A stretch of 64,000 nt of DNA. It comes from a virus. A model generated the notes under the pieces. It was not told the DNA's origin. It saw only the letters and a list, made by a program, of their open reading frames with translations, and did no database searches. The position numbers were made by a program, and so were the translations under genes. Every line of letters starts with the position of its first letter. The stretch's first letter is position 1. Positions 46,143 to 55,117 of the stretch are shown in pieces. The stretch spans positions 511 to 64,510 of the IMG/VR virus record IMGVR_UViG_3300009347_000009, one strand, 5' to 3'.

Positions 46143-46383
46143 TCAGGTCCTCGCCCTGGCCCTGATCGCCACGCTCCACCGCGGCGAGCGGCTACGCATA
46201 GCCCTTCGCCGTTTCGCCAAAGAACTCCCACATGCCCGCCGGGTAGGTTTGAAGCTGATCCTGATCAGCCAGAACCCCCGGCAGGTGATCCTGACCATGC
46301 TCAAGGACTTCGACCCATGCCCAACCCCCGCTGTCACGTCGCCATCGACCTCGAAACCCTCGGCACCAGCCCTGACTCCGTGA
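46114..46383 (+). CDS. Hypothetical protein
   Basis: Fills the gap between csrA-like and exonuclease genes. Confidence 0.45.
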   Translation: MKQRQLSELDQVLALALIATLHRGERLRIALRRFAKELPHARRVGLKLILISQNPRQVILTMLKDFDPCPTPAVTSPSTSKPSAPALTP

Positions 46384-46925
46384 TTCTGGCCATCGGCGCC
46401 GTCGCCATCTGCGCCGAAACCGGTGAGAAGGTCAGCTTCTACTCGATCTGCAACGCCAACGCTCAGCCCGGCCGCACTGTCAGCCGCTCGACCCTCGACT
46501 GGTGGAGCCAGCAAAGTGCCGAGGCCCGCGTGGCCTTCGACCTGGCTCACAAGCAGGAGGCCCCGCTGCTGGCCAACGTGCTGGTCGAGCTGACCGACTG
46601 GCTGGGCGCACTGGGCAAGACCCACGACGTCTACCCGTGGGGCAACGGCGCGAACTTCGACATCGCCATGCTGGAGCACGCCTACAAGCAGATCAGCGAC
46701 TTCGTGCCGTGGAACTTCCGCAAGGTCCGCGACATGCGCACCCTGTACGACATCACCTCGATCTTCCAGCTGGGCGACGCCATCCACACCGCCGTGCAGC
46801 GCGAGGGCGTGCACCACAACGCCCTGGACGACGCCGACTACCAAGCGCGCATCGTCGTAGAGTCCATGCGCCTGCTGCAGAACATCGCCAATACCATCGA
46901 CTGGGCCGAGGCCCCCGCCGCATGA
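46317..46925 (+). CDS. DEDD 3'-5' exonuclease
   Basis: IDLETLG, WGNGANFD, RDMRT, HNALDDA. Confidence 0.9.
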   Translation: MPNPRCHVAIDLETLGTSPDSVILAIGAVAICAETGEKVSFYSICNANAQPGRTVSRSTLDWWSQQSAEARVAFDLAHKQEAPLLANVLVELTDWLGALGKTHDVYPWGNGANFDIAMLEHAYKQISDFVPWNFRKVRDMRTLYDITSIFQLGDAIHTAVQREGVHHNALDDADYQARIVVESMRLLQNIANTIDWAEAPAA

Positions 46926-47224
46926 ACCAGCAAGCCGAATACACAGGCGGTAGCGTCAGCTACTACACCGTGCGAATCGCCCGGCCAACCACCCCGGGGC
47001 GCGCCCCCTATGAAGCCGAGTGCAACGACATCATTGAGGCACTGGGCATGAACTATGCGGAGGGCAACGCTTTCAAGGCCCTCTGGCGCCGTGCCGCGGC
47101 CAGGACACTGGGAAAAGCCAAACAAGGCTACAAAGACGGGCTGTACGACGCCGAAAAAGCAGCCTTCTTCTCCAACCGCCTGATTGAACAGGAACGCGAG
47201 GCCACCCATGCGCAAACTGCTTGA
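46922..47224 (+). CDS. DUF3310-like protein
   Basis: ECNDIIEALGMNYAEGNAFKALWR...YDAEKA. Confidence 0.7.
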   Translation: MNQQAEYTGGSVSYYTVRIARPTTPGRAPYEAECNDIIEALGMNYAEGNAFKALWRRAAARTLGKAKQGYKDGLYDAEKAAFFSNRLIEQEREATHAQTA

Positions 47225-47426
47225 GAGCAAACTGGCCCAGCTCTGGGCCATCTGCCTGATCTTCGTCCTCATTGTCTGGGCCATCGCCCGCGGACTGGCC
47301 TGGGGCCAGTGCTCCTGGTACGGCTACCAGACCGAGCGCGAAACCCGCTACGCCGCTTTCGTCGGCTGCATGGTGCGGGTCGACGGCAAATGGTACCCCC
47401 GCAACGAACTGCGCATCGCGCAATAA
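47208..47426 (+). CDS. Small membrane protein
   Basis: TM segment then GCMVRVDGKWYP. Confidence 0.65.
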   Translation: MRKLLESKLAQLWAICLIFVLIVWAIARGLAWGQCSWYGYQTERETRYAAFVGCMVRVDGKWYPRNELRIAQ

Positions 47427-47453
47427 TCCCCCCGCCCCCAAGGAAACACACCC

Positions 47454-47891
47454 ATGTTTGGACTGAAAAAGAAGCTGTTTGGCGCCAAAGTCGCTGCCAA
47501 GAAAATCGAAAATCGCGACCTGATGCAAGCCATCGTCGGTGGCTGCCTGCTGGTCGCCGCAGCTGACGGCGACATCAGCAAGAACGAAGCGGCGCAGATC
47601 GACCTGCAGATCCGTGCCAACAAGAACCTGGAGCACTTCGGCTCCGAAATCACCACCACCGTCAACCTGTTCACCGAGCAGCTGCAGGCGGGCTTCCGTC
47701 TGGGCCGCATGAACATCATGCGTGAAATCCGCGACATCAAGGCTAACCCGAGCGATGCGGAAGAAGTGTTCGTGAACATGCTGACCGTGGCCGAAGGCGA
47801 CGGTGACATCAGCGAGCAGGAAATGAAGGTGCTGGCCGAAGTCGGTACCGAGCTGGGCCTGCGCCTGAAAGACTTCGGCATCGACGTCTGA
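47454..47891 (+). CDS. terB: TerB-family protein
   Basis: LVAAADGDIS..E; VAEGDGDISEQEMKVL. Confidence 0.8.
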   Translation: MFGLKKKLFGAKVAAKKIENRDLMQAIVGGCLLVAAADGDISKNEAAQIDLQIRANKNLEHFGSEITTTVNLFTEQLQAGFRLGRMNIMREIRDIKANPSDAEEVFVNMLTVAEGDGDISEQEMKVLAEVGTELGLRLKDFGIDV

Positions 47892-47955
47892 CGCCTGTTC
47901 GATCAGCCCTGCTATATCAGCAGGGCTGATTTCCCTACCTGCAAGGAGAACCCCC

Positions 47956-48261
47956 ATGGGTGCTGCAGAGCAATTAACCAACGACTTCGACAGTGCGGCG
48001 ATGGAGAGCCTGCTCATTGACGCCGCCAACCTGCTGGCCAACCCCGCCGTCCGCGACGCTGCCAACGAGCTCTCCATGACCATGATGGCCGTCGCACCGT
48101 CACCCGGCGATCGCGTCATGGCCCTGGCGCTGCTGGCCGCTGCCGCCAGCACCGTGCACTCCAACCCGATGAAGTGGCGCGACAGCACCGAGCTGCTGGC
48201 CCGCTTCATCGAGCACGTGCATCAGCAGCACTTCGAACCGCCCAAGAGAACCCTGCACTGA
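47956..48261 (+). CDS. Hypothetical protein
   Basis: AAGGAG SD, 101 aa. Confidence 0.65.
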   Translation: MGAAEQLTNDFDSAAMESLLIDAANLLANPAVRDAANELSMTMMAVAPSPGDRVMALALLAAAASTVHSNPMKWRDSTELLARFIEHVHQQHFEPPKRTLH

Positions 48262-49400
48262 TGGAAATCCTCGGCACCGACTACCTGCTCGTCACGCTCG
48301 ACTTCGAAACGGCATACGGCACGAAGTACAGCCTGACCAGCATGAACACATTCACCTACGTCGATGACCCGCGCTTCTCGATCCACGGCGTGGGCCTCAA
48401 GATCGACGACGAAACGGCCATCTGGTACGACAACGTGCAAGAGGCGCTCGACCTGATCGACGCCCATGCCGAAGACCAGGGCAAACCGGTCGCCCTACTC
48501 TGCCACAACACCTACTTTGACGGTTGGATACTGCACGCCAAGTTCAACTGGCACCCAGACCTGTACCTAGATTCGATGGGTATGAGTCGCGGCATGTTCC
48601 CGACCCATTCCGCCAGCCTCGAAAAGCTGTGCGAACGCCTCTGGCCAAATGACCCACGCATGCGCAAGGGCAAAGAGCTGGTCAAGTTCTTCAACGTGAC
48701 CACCGAGGAACTTTACGCTGATCCGGCCAAGCTCAAGGCCATGATCAAATACTGCTGCGGCACCGCCAAAGAGCCAGGTGACGTCGAGCTCACCTACGCC
48801 GCCTTCGTGCGCATGCTCCCGTTCTACCCGGACGAGGAGCTGGAACTGATCCACCTGACCCTGCAGATGCACTGCGAGCCGATGCTGATGATCGACACAG
48901 CCCGGGTCGAACGCTGCCGGGAGCTAGCCATCGAACGCCGCAACCAGCTGATCGCGGCCTCGGGTCTGTCCGAGACGCTGCTGTCGTCAAACGCCCAATT
49001 CGAGCGCTGGCTGGTCGCCAACGACATCCCGGTGCCGCTGAAAGACTCGCCGACCAAGTTCGTGAAGGACGAGAACGGCAACGACACCGACGTGCCCGAG
49101 AAGATCCCGGCACTGGGTAAATCCGACCTGGGCTTCATCGCCCTGCGCCGTGATTACCCCCAGTACGAGCACGTCTGGGCGGGCCGCGTAGCCGCCAAGT
49201 CAGTCGGCGAAATCACCCGGGCCGAACGCTTCCTGCAGACGGCCGAGCAGACCGGCGGCTTCATGCCGGTGCCCCTGATCTATTACTCCGCGCACACCGG
49301 CCGTTACGGCGGTGGCGAGAAACTCAACCTGCAGAACCTTGGCCGCGGCTCCGAGCTGCGCCGGTCGCTGTGCGTCCCATCCCGTGAGGAGGCCCTATGA
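48261..49400 (+). CDS. Family A DNA polymerase, N-terminal part (3'-5' exonuclease, thumb)
   Basis: LDFET, HNTYFD, YC..DVELT exo motifs; AHTGRYGGGEKLNLQNL; ends LRRSLCVP before motif A. Confidence 0.85.
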   Translation: MEILGTDYLLVTLDFETAYGTKYSLTSMNTFTYVDDPRFSIHGVGLKIDDETAIWYDNVQEALDLIDAHAEDQGKPVALLCHNTYFDGWILHAKFNWHPDLYLDSMGMSRGMFPTHSASLEKLCERLWPNDPRMRKGKELVKFFNVTTEELYADPAKLKAMIKYCCGTAKEPGDVELTYAAFVRMLPFYPDEELELIHLTLQMHCEPMLMIDTARVERCRELAIERRNQLIAASGLSETLLSSNAQFERWLVANDIPVPLKDSPTKFVKDENGNDTDVPEKIPALGKSDLGFIALRRDYPQYEHVWAGRVAAKSVGEITRAERFLQTAEQTGGFMPVPLIYYSAHTGRYGGGEKLNLQNLGRGSELRRSLCVPSREEAL

Positions 49401-49621
49401 TCAACTTCGAAGAAGTCACCGATGTAGCTAAATGGGCCATTGTCGCCCTGGCCATAGTCGCAATCGCATGGGCCCCAGTGTCCTGCGTCAAAGACGGCAA
49501 TGCCAAGGTGCAGATCGCCATCGAGCAGGGCGTCGATCCGATCCGCGCCCGCTGCGCTTATGCCGCTAGCGGGACCAGCAGCCCGGCCTGCATCGTCGCT
49601 GCGGCGAAGGAGGTCAAATGA
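49397..49621 (+). CDS. Small membrane protein inserted between the polymerase halves
   Basis: GAGGAGG SD, ATGA overlaps at both ends, TM segment, GVDPIRARCAY. Confidence 0.7.
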   Translation: MINFEEVTDVAKWAIVALAIVAIAWAPVSCVKDGNAKVQIAIEQGVDPIRARCAYAASGTSSPACIVAAAKEVK

Positions 49622-51549
49622 CCATCGCCATGAAACCCGAACTGCTGGCCGGGGTCAGCACCACCTGCATCACCGGTGACCAGCTCGTCTACGTCGCGGA
49701 CTCCTCGAACATCGAGGCCCGCATGCTGGCGTGGCTCGCCGGCCAGAACAACCTGGTGGAACTGTTCGCCAACGACGGTGACGCCTACTCCGCTTTCGCC
49801 TCGATCCTGTTCGGCTTCCCGGTCAACAAGGACGACAACCCCCACGAGCGCTTCATCGGCAAGGTGTGCATCGCCGAAGGCTCCCTTGTACTAACCGACG
49901 TGGGCCTTGTGCCTATTGAAAAGGTTACACTCGACCATAAAGTATGGGATGGGGTAAACTGGGTACAGCACGACGGCGTCGTTTACCAAGGCTTCAAGAA
50001 GGTCATTACCTATGACGGACTCACAGCCACCCCTGACCACCGCGTCTACACGCAGGGACGAAGCGACCCGATTCAAATCGGGGACGCAGCATCCTCGCTG
50101 GACCGGCTCGTCCGATCCGAATCTGGTGGGCAAGCAGTTCGGGTGGGTGATAGTTACCTCCCCGCGCATCGACCGCAGCAACGGCTACCGCATGGTGCAA
50201 ACCAAATGCACCGGCTGCGGAGCGGAAAAACCAATCAACCTGGACAATCTCAGGTCCGGGAAGACCTCTGGGTGCCAAACCTGCTCGCAGAAGCTGTCGA
50301 ACTCGTCCACCGTGCTTGGGAGACGCTACGATGCCTTGATCGCGCGGTGCACTTCGCAAAAGAATCCAGCCTATCCACGCTACGGGGGGCGCGGGATTAC
50401 CTGCAACTTTGCGTCGAGGGCGGAGTTTGTACGCTACGTCGAGCAGCACTTGCCGCACCCGGACTACAAAGGCGTGGAAATCGACCGCAAGGACAACAAC
50501 GGGAACTACGAACCGGGCAACCTACGTCTCGTGCCACGGGTCGAGAACTGTCGCAATCGCGACGTGTCGGTACTGATCCGCTGGCGGGGGCGGATGGTAC
50601 CGTTGGCCGAGTGCCCGAGCCCGTATGCCTACACCCCGACACACCGGTACGCCAAACAGGGGCTAACGGGGGAGCAGATCATCGAGCGGGCTTGGCAGTC
50701 GGTACGCGAGAAGCGCAAGGGCTGGACGCAACTCCACGCAAGGCTCACGTCTATGACATCCTGAACGCCGGCCCCAACCGCCGCTTCACCGTCAGCGGCG
50801 TGCTGGTGGCTAATTGCGTGCTCGGGCTGGGCTACGGCATGGGCTGGGCCAAGTTCAAGGATACCCTGGCTGCAGGTGCCCTCGGCGGCCCGCCGGTGTA
50901 CTTCACCGAGGCCGAGGCCCGCAACGCGGTGAACACCTACCGCGCGGCCAACGCCATGATCACCGCCTACTGGGATCAGGCCACCATCGCCATCGCCGAT
51001 ATGTACCTGGGTAACACCCGCCAGTGGGGCCCGCTGACCATCCAGAAGAACTGCATTGTCATGCCCAACGGCATGGCCCTGCAGTACCCGGGCCTGCGCC
51101 CGCGTGTCGTCAAGAACGAGTTCGACGAGGACGTGAACGACGGCTGGGAATACTGGGAAGGCGACTTCTGGAAGAAGCTCTACGGCGGGCTGCTCACCGA
51201 AAACATCACCCAGGCCATGAGCCGCATCGTCCTGTTCCACCAGATGCTGCGGATCAACAAAGAGGTCTTCGTCCCGGCCGGCGGCCGCGTGGTGCTCAAC
51301 GTACACGACGAAATCATCGGCGTGGGTCCGAGCTACGGCGCCCGCTACCTCGGCATAGCGCAGAAAGTGAAGAACGGCCAGCCCGTGTTCAAGAACGACA
51401 AACCCGTGATGGACGAAGTCTGGGATCGCACCGAAGGCGCCGACCACCTGTTCGCACAGATGCAGCAGGTCATGCGTGAACCACTCTGGTGGTGCCCTGA
51501 TCTGCCCCTCGCCTCCGATGGAGGTTTTTCCTTCGAGTACAGCAAGTGA
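49618..51549 (+). CDS. Family A DNA polymerase, C-terminal part, intein-containing
   Basis: Motif A ADSSNIEAR; motif B RFIGKV|intein|CVLGLGYG; ENITQA; motif C VHDEI. Confidence 0.9.
   Translation: MTIAMKPELLAGVSTTCITGDQLVYVADSSNIEARMLAWLAGQNNLVELFANDGDAYSAFASILFGFPVNKDDNPHERFIGKVCIAEGSLVLTDVGLVPIEKVTLDHKVWDGVNWVQHDGVVYQGFKKVITYDGLTATPDHRVYTQGRSDPIQIGDAASSLDRLVRSESGGQAVRVGDSYLPAHRPQQRLPHGANQMHRLRSGKTNQPGQSQVREDLWVPNLLAEAVELVHRAWETLRCLDRAVHFAKESSLSTLRGARDYLQLCVEGGVCTLRRAALAAPGLQRRGNRPQGQQRELRTGQPTSRATGRELSQSRRVGTDPLAGADGTVGRVPEPVCLHPDTPVRQTGANGGADHRAGLAVGTREAQGLDATPRKAHVYDILNAGPNRRFTVSGVLVANCVLGLGYGMGWAKFKDTLAAGALGGPPVYFTEAEARNAVNTYRAANAMITAYWDQATIAIADMYLGNTRQWGPLTIQKNCIVMPNGMALQYPGLRPRVVKNEFDEDVNDGWEYWEGDFWKKLYGGLLTENITQAMSRIVLFHQMLRINKEVFVPAGGRVVLNVHDEIIGVGPSYGARYLGIAQKVKNGQPVFKNDKPVMDEVWDRTEGADHLFAQMQQVMREPLWWCPDLPLASDGGFSFEYSK
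49867..50814 (+). mobile_element. Intein (316 aa) in polymerase motif B
   Basis: Block A CIAEGSLVLTDVG, block B TATPDHRVY, block F VYDILN, block G RFTVSGVLVAN followed by +1 Cys. Confidence 0.92.
50012..50764 (+). CDS. HNH-type endonuclease nested in +1 frame inside the polymerase intein
   Basis: LVGKQFG..CTGCG..NLRSGKTSGC; ARC...AYPRYGGRGI; EIDRKDNNGNYEPGNLRLV...N.RN; AAGAAGGT upstream of ATG. Confidence 0.85.
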   Translation: MTDSQPPLTTASTRRDEATRFKSGTQHPRWTGSSDPNLVGKQFGWVIVTSPRIDRSNGYRMVQTKCTGCGAEKPINLDNLRSGKTSGCQTCSQKLSNSSTVLGRRYDALIARCTSQKNPAYPRYGGRGITCNFASRAEFVRYVEQHLPHPDYKGVEIDRKDNNGNYEPGNLRLVPRVENCRNRDVSVLIRWRGRMVPLAECPSPYAYTPTHRYAKQGLTGEQIIERAWQSVREKRKGWTQLHARLTSMTS

Positions 51550-51612
51550 TTCCACTGGCCAAGGAGGGCCACGCTCATTAGTATCAGCACTGCTTATATC
51601 GAGGAGCCTCCA

Positions 51613-54102
51613 ATGTCAGTGCCACTCGTGTTCCTTGAGCCCGCCGGTAAGCTCCGGTTGGCCAAAACACTCACCCAGGACGGAACCCTCCCCTACCCGC
51701 TCGCCAAGAACTTCACCTCGCACACCGTGTACCTCGCCCCGGGCGAACCGGGCCTGCGTGAAGCGTTCTCGGCCATGCAGGAGCACGCGCTCAAAGGCCA
51801 CGCCGTCCACAAAGGCGTACTGAAAGAGCCCCTGCTCAACGAACCTCGCCGCGGCAAGGCTGACGCCAACGCCTCGACGAACCTGCTGGTCATCGACATC
51901 GACGACTACATCCCGACCAACCAACTCGTTGCCCCGATCAGCCAGTCCGACCTGACCCAACTGGCCAAAGAACTCCTGGCTGCTCTGCCAGAGCCGCTGA
52001 ACAAGACCGCCTGCATCGCCAACGCCTCGGCTTCGACCGGGCACAAGGCATCCGGGGCCATCGGCCTGCACCTGTTTTTCCTGCTCGATCGCCCCGTGTC
52101 ACCGTCGCAGCTGACCCACTGGCTGACCGGCCTGAACTTCAACTGCGACACCTTCAAGAGCCAGCTCAAGCTGAACCGCTCGGGCATGAGCATCAAGTGG
52201 GTGGTCGACCCGGTCGTGGCCCGCAACGCCCAGATCATCTACATCGCCCCGCCGGCGCTGCAAGGCGTGAAGGACCCCTTCGCGTCTCAGGCCGACCGCT
52301 GGGCGCTGATCGAGGGTGAGCAATGGTCTATCGACCTGCAGCCCATGCTCGACAGCATCGTACCCGCCGCCGTGCAGCAGCTGAGCGAGCAGCTGATGTC
52401 CGATCTGCGCCGCAGCATGGGCCTCAAGAAACTGATCCCGCGCTACCGCAAGATGATGGTCGACGGCGAGCGCATCAACGTGCTGACCAACCCGGACCAG
52501 CTGCAGATGAACCTGGTGCGCACGACCGAGTCGTTCGCCTACTGGAACCTGAACGGGGGCGATTCCAACGCCTACTACAACCCGATCGGCAACCCGGAAA
52601 TCATCTACAACTTCAAGGGCGAGCCGGCCTTCGAGTTGAAGCAGGCCAACCCCGAGGTCTACGACTGGTACTGCGAGAAGTACAAGACGCAGATCCGCGA
52701 CACCAGTGACCCGAAGCCGCTGGCCTTCCGCGAGCAGTCCACCGACCAGCACTACGCCGTTGAGTACAACCCGCGCGAGGACCTGATCATCCGGGTCAAC
52801 AAGATCGCCCGGCAGAACATCGACGACTGGTACGCCAGCTACGGCATCCCGGCACCGGACCCGATCCCGCAGTGGGACGTGTCCTTCAACCCCCAGTCCA
52901 CTACCGTGATCGACTGGGACAACCACCGACTCAACCTGTTCCAACCGACCCCGCTGCTGCGTAACCCGCCGGCCATCCTGCCGACCTATGCCGGCGCCAA
53001 GATCGGCGAGGCCCGTGACCGCCTCTCGCAACTCTGCCCACACATCGCTCAGGTGCTGTTCCACATCTGCGGCAACGGCGAGCTGGAGTTCGAGTGGTTC
53101 GTCAACTGGCTGGCCTACACCATCCAGACCCGCAAGAAGGCCCTCACTGCGTGGGTATTCAGCGGTGTCCCGGGCACCGGCAAGGGCATCTTCTTCGACC
53201 GCATCCTGCGCCCGATCATCGGTGACCAGTACGCGACCAAGAAGCGCCTCGACCACCTGGAGGAGCAGTTCAACGCTTACCTGGAGCGCACGCTGTTCCT
53301 CGTCTACGACGAGTTCCGCCTGTCCGACTCCAAGCAGGACGGCAAGCTGCTCAACAAACTCAAGGACGAAATCGTCGGGGCGACCACCAACATCCGCGCC
53401 ATGCGCACGGACGTTCAGGAGGTGGCCAGCTTCACCAACTACATCTTCTTCTCCAACCACCTCGACGTGATCCGCATCGAGGATGGTGACCGCCGCTTCA
53501 ACATCGCCCCGCCGCAGCTCACCCCGCTGCGGACCATCTGGCCGAAGATCGACCAGGAGATTGAGCGACTGGACGCCGAGGTCGGGACCTTCGCCGGCTT
53601 CCTCATGGCCTTCGCCGTGTGCCAGCGCAGCGCCCACCTGTGCGTGGAGAACGAGGCCAAGAACCGCATGAAGCAGCTCGCCATGGGCTACAACGAGCGG
53701 TTCTGCCTCGCCGTCCGCAACGGCGAGCTCGACTACTTCGCCGACGTGTTCGACATGGACGTGGCCAACGACCTGACCAAGTCCGTGCAGATCACCACCG
53801 CGCAGAAGTACGTCCGTCACTGGGCCGGGCACGTAGGTAAAGGCGCCATGCGCGTCCCTGCCAGCGAGCTGTTCACGGTCTACCTCGCCATGCACGACAG
53901 CCGCCTGACGCAGCCCAAGTTCACCCAGATGCTGGGCCGCAACGACGTCGGCGTGGACAAGAAGAAGCACAAGGGCTCGAAAGTCTCGTGCGTCGACATC
54001 GAGTGGTTCAGCTCGATGGATGCAGAGGAGCTGGCCGATCTGGCCAATCCGCAAGGCGTTCGCCAGGCCCCTGACCACCAGTTCGCACCTACGGTGCATT
54101 GA
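51613..54102 (+). CDS. Primase-helicase (AEP-like N-terminus, SF3-like NTPase)
   Basis: LVIDIDD and GLHLFF; Walker A GVPGTGKG, Walker B VYDE, FFSN, DRRF. Confidence 0.85.
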   Translation: MSVPLVFLEPAGKLRLAKTLTQDGTLPYPLAKNFTSHTVYLAPGEPGLREAFSAMQEHALKGHAVHKGVLKEPLLNEPRRGKADANASTNLLVIDIDDYIPTNQLVAPISQSDLTQLAKELLAALPEPLNKTACIANASASTGHKASGAIGLHLFFLLDRPVSPSQLTHWLTGLNFNCDTFKSQLKLNRSGMSIKWVVDPVVARNAQIIYIAPPALQGVKDPFASQADRWALIEGEQWSIDLQPMLDSIVPAAVQQLSEQLMSDLRRSMGLKKLIPRYRKMMVDGERINVLTNPDQLQMNLVRTTESFAYWNLNGGDSNAYYNPIGNPEIIYNFKGEPAFELKQANPEVYDWYCEKYKTQIRDTSDPKPLAFREQSTDQHYAVEYNPREDLIIRVNKIARQNIDDWYASYGIPAPDPIPQWDVSFNPQSTTVIDWDNHRLNLFQPTPLLRNPPAILPTYAGAKIGEARDRLSQLCPHIAQVLFHICGNGELEFEWFVNWLAYTIQTRKKALTAWVFSGVPGTGKGIFFDRILRPIIGDQYATKKRLDHLEEQFNAYLERTLFLVYDEFRLSDSKQDGKLLNKLKDEIVGATTNIRAMRTDVQEVASFTNYIFFSNHLDVIRIEDGDRRFNIAPPQLTPLRTIWPKIDQEIERLDAEVGTFAGFLMAFAVCQRSAHLCVENEAKNRMKQLAMGYNERFCLAVRNGELDYFADVFDMDVANDLTKSVQITTAQKYVRHWAGHVGKGAMRVPASELFTVYLAMHDSRLTQPKFTQMLGRNDVGVDKKKHKGSKVSCVDIEWFSSMDAEELADLANPQGVRQAPDHQFAPTVH

Positions 54103-54110
54103 GGACCTCC

Positions 54111-54977
54111 ATGACCGACCGCCCGATGTTCAACCCCGGGGCCATGACCTATGGCAAAGCCACGCCCGCCCCGGTAGTGCGTGACGACACGCCCTTCAAC
54201 CCAGCCGCCCTGCGGGAGAAGCAGGAAGCAAAAAAGCAGGCGCTGGCGGACCTGCGCACCGCGCCGTTGGGCCTTGTCCCGGCGTGGTCAATGAGCCGCC
54301 TGTTCGACTATGAGTCCTGCCCGCACAGCGTGTACCTCTCGAAAGTCGCCAAGATGCCCACGCCGAGCGGCGCCGCCGCGGAGCGCGGGACCCAGGTGCA
54401 CAACCATATCGAGGGTTACATTCAGGCCGAACACGCCGACATCATCAAGGAAATGACCGGCTTCCAGAAGTTGATCGACCACCTGCGCGAAGGCTTCGCC
54501 GATGGCAAGGTCGAGGTGGAAGGCGACTGGGCCTTCACCCGCGACTGGCTGCCCACCGCGTGGGCTGCCAAAGACGCATGGGGGCGCTTCAAGCTCGACG
54601 CCCTGGAACACCAGAGCGACACCAGCGCCAAGGTGATCGACTGGAAGACCGGCAAGAAGTTCGGCAACGAGCTCAAGCACAACCAGCAGGGCATGGGCTA
54701 CGCCATCGCTGCCTTCGCCCGCTACCCGGAGCTGGAGTTCGTCGAGGTGCAGTTCGCCTACCTCGACAAGAACGACGAGCTGCGCGGCTCATACACCCGT
54801 CGCCAAGCCGAGCTGCTGCAGCCGGCGCTGACCCTGCGCGCGGACAAGATGACCACGGCCACCGAGTTCGAGCCCAAGCCGAGCTTCCACGCCTGCCGCT
54901 GGTGCCCGCACGCCAAGGTGCAAGAGGGCTATGACGAGCCGGCCTGCAAGTGGGCCCACGAGCAGGTGCTGCACTGA
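54111..54977 (+). CDS. PD-(D/E)XK exonuclease (Cas4/RecB-like)
   Basis: WSMSRL..YESCP; RGTQVH; KLDAL; VIDWKTGK; CRWCP...C. Confidence 0.85.
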   Translation: MTDRPMFNPGAMTYGKATPAPVVRDDTPFNPAALREKQEAKKQALADLRTAPLGLVPAWSMSRLFDYESCPHSVYLSKVAKMPTPSGAAAERGTQVHNHIEGYIQAEHADIIKEMTGFQKLIDHLREGFADGKVEVEGDWAFTRDWLPTAWAAKDAWGRFKLDALEHQSDTSAKVIDWKTGKKFGNELKHNQQGMGYAIAAFARYPELEFVEVQFAYLDKNDELRGSYTRRQAELLQPALTLRADKMTTATEFEPKPSFHACRWCPHAKVQEGYDEPACKWAHEQVLH

Positions 54978-55117
54978 TGCGTCCCATGTTCCTCGGGGAC
55001 ATGAACCTGTGCCCCCAATGCGGCAAGAAGCGCAGCGTCGGTAAACACGACGCCTGCGCCAAAGCCCGCCAAGCGCTGTACGCCGAAACCAACCGCAACC
55101 GGAGAAAGGCCAAATGA
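54977..55117 (+). CDS. Small zinc-binding protein (46 aa)
   Basis: CPQCGKKRSVGKHDAC; overlaps both neighbours' start/stop. Confidence 0.55.
   Translation: MRPMFLGDMNLCPQCGKKRSVGKHDACAKARQALYAETNRNRRKAK

Noticed and set aside
49378..49675. Group I intron or split intein at the polymerase break
   Set aside because: Insert is filled by a coupled ORF with SDs; no intron core elements or intein blocks recognised at the break
54111..54977. Cas4-like gene as part of a CRISPR system
   Set aside because: Stand-alone phage PD-(D/E)XK exonuclease in the replication module
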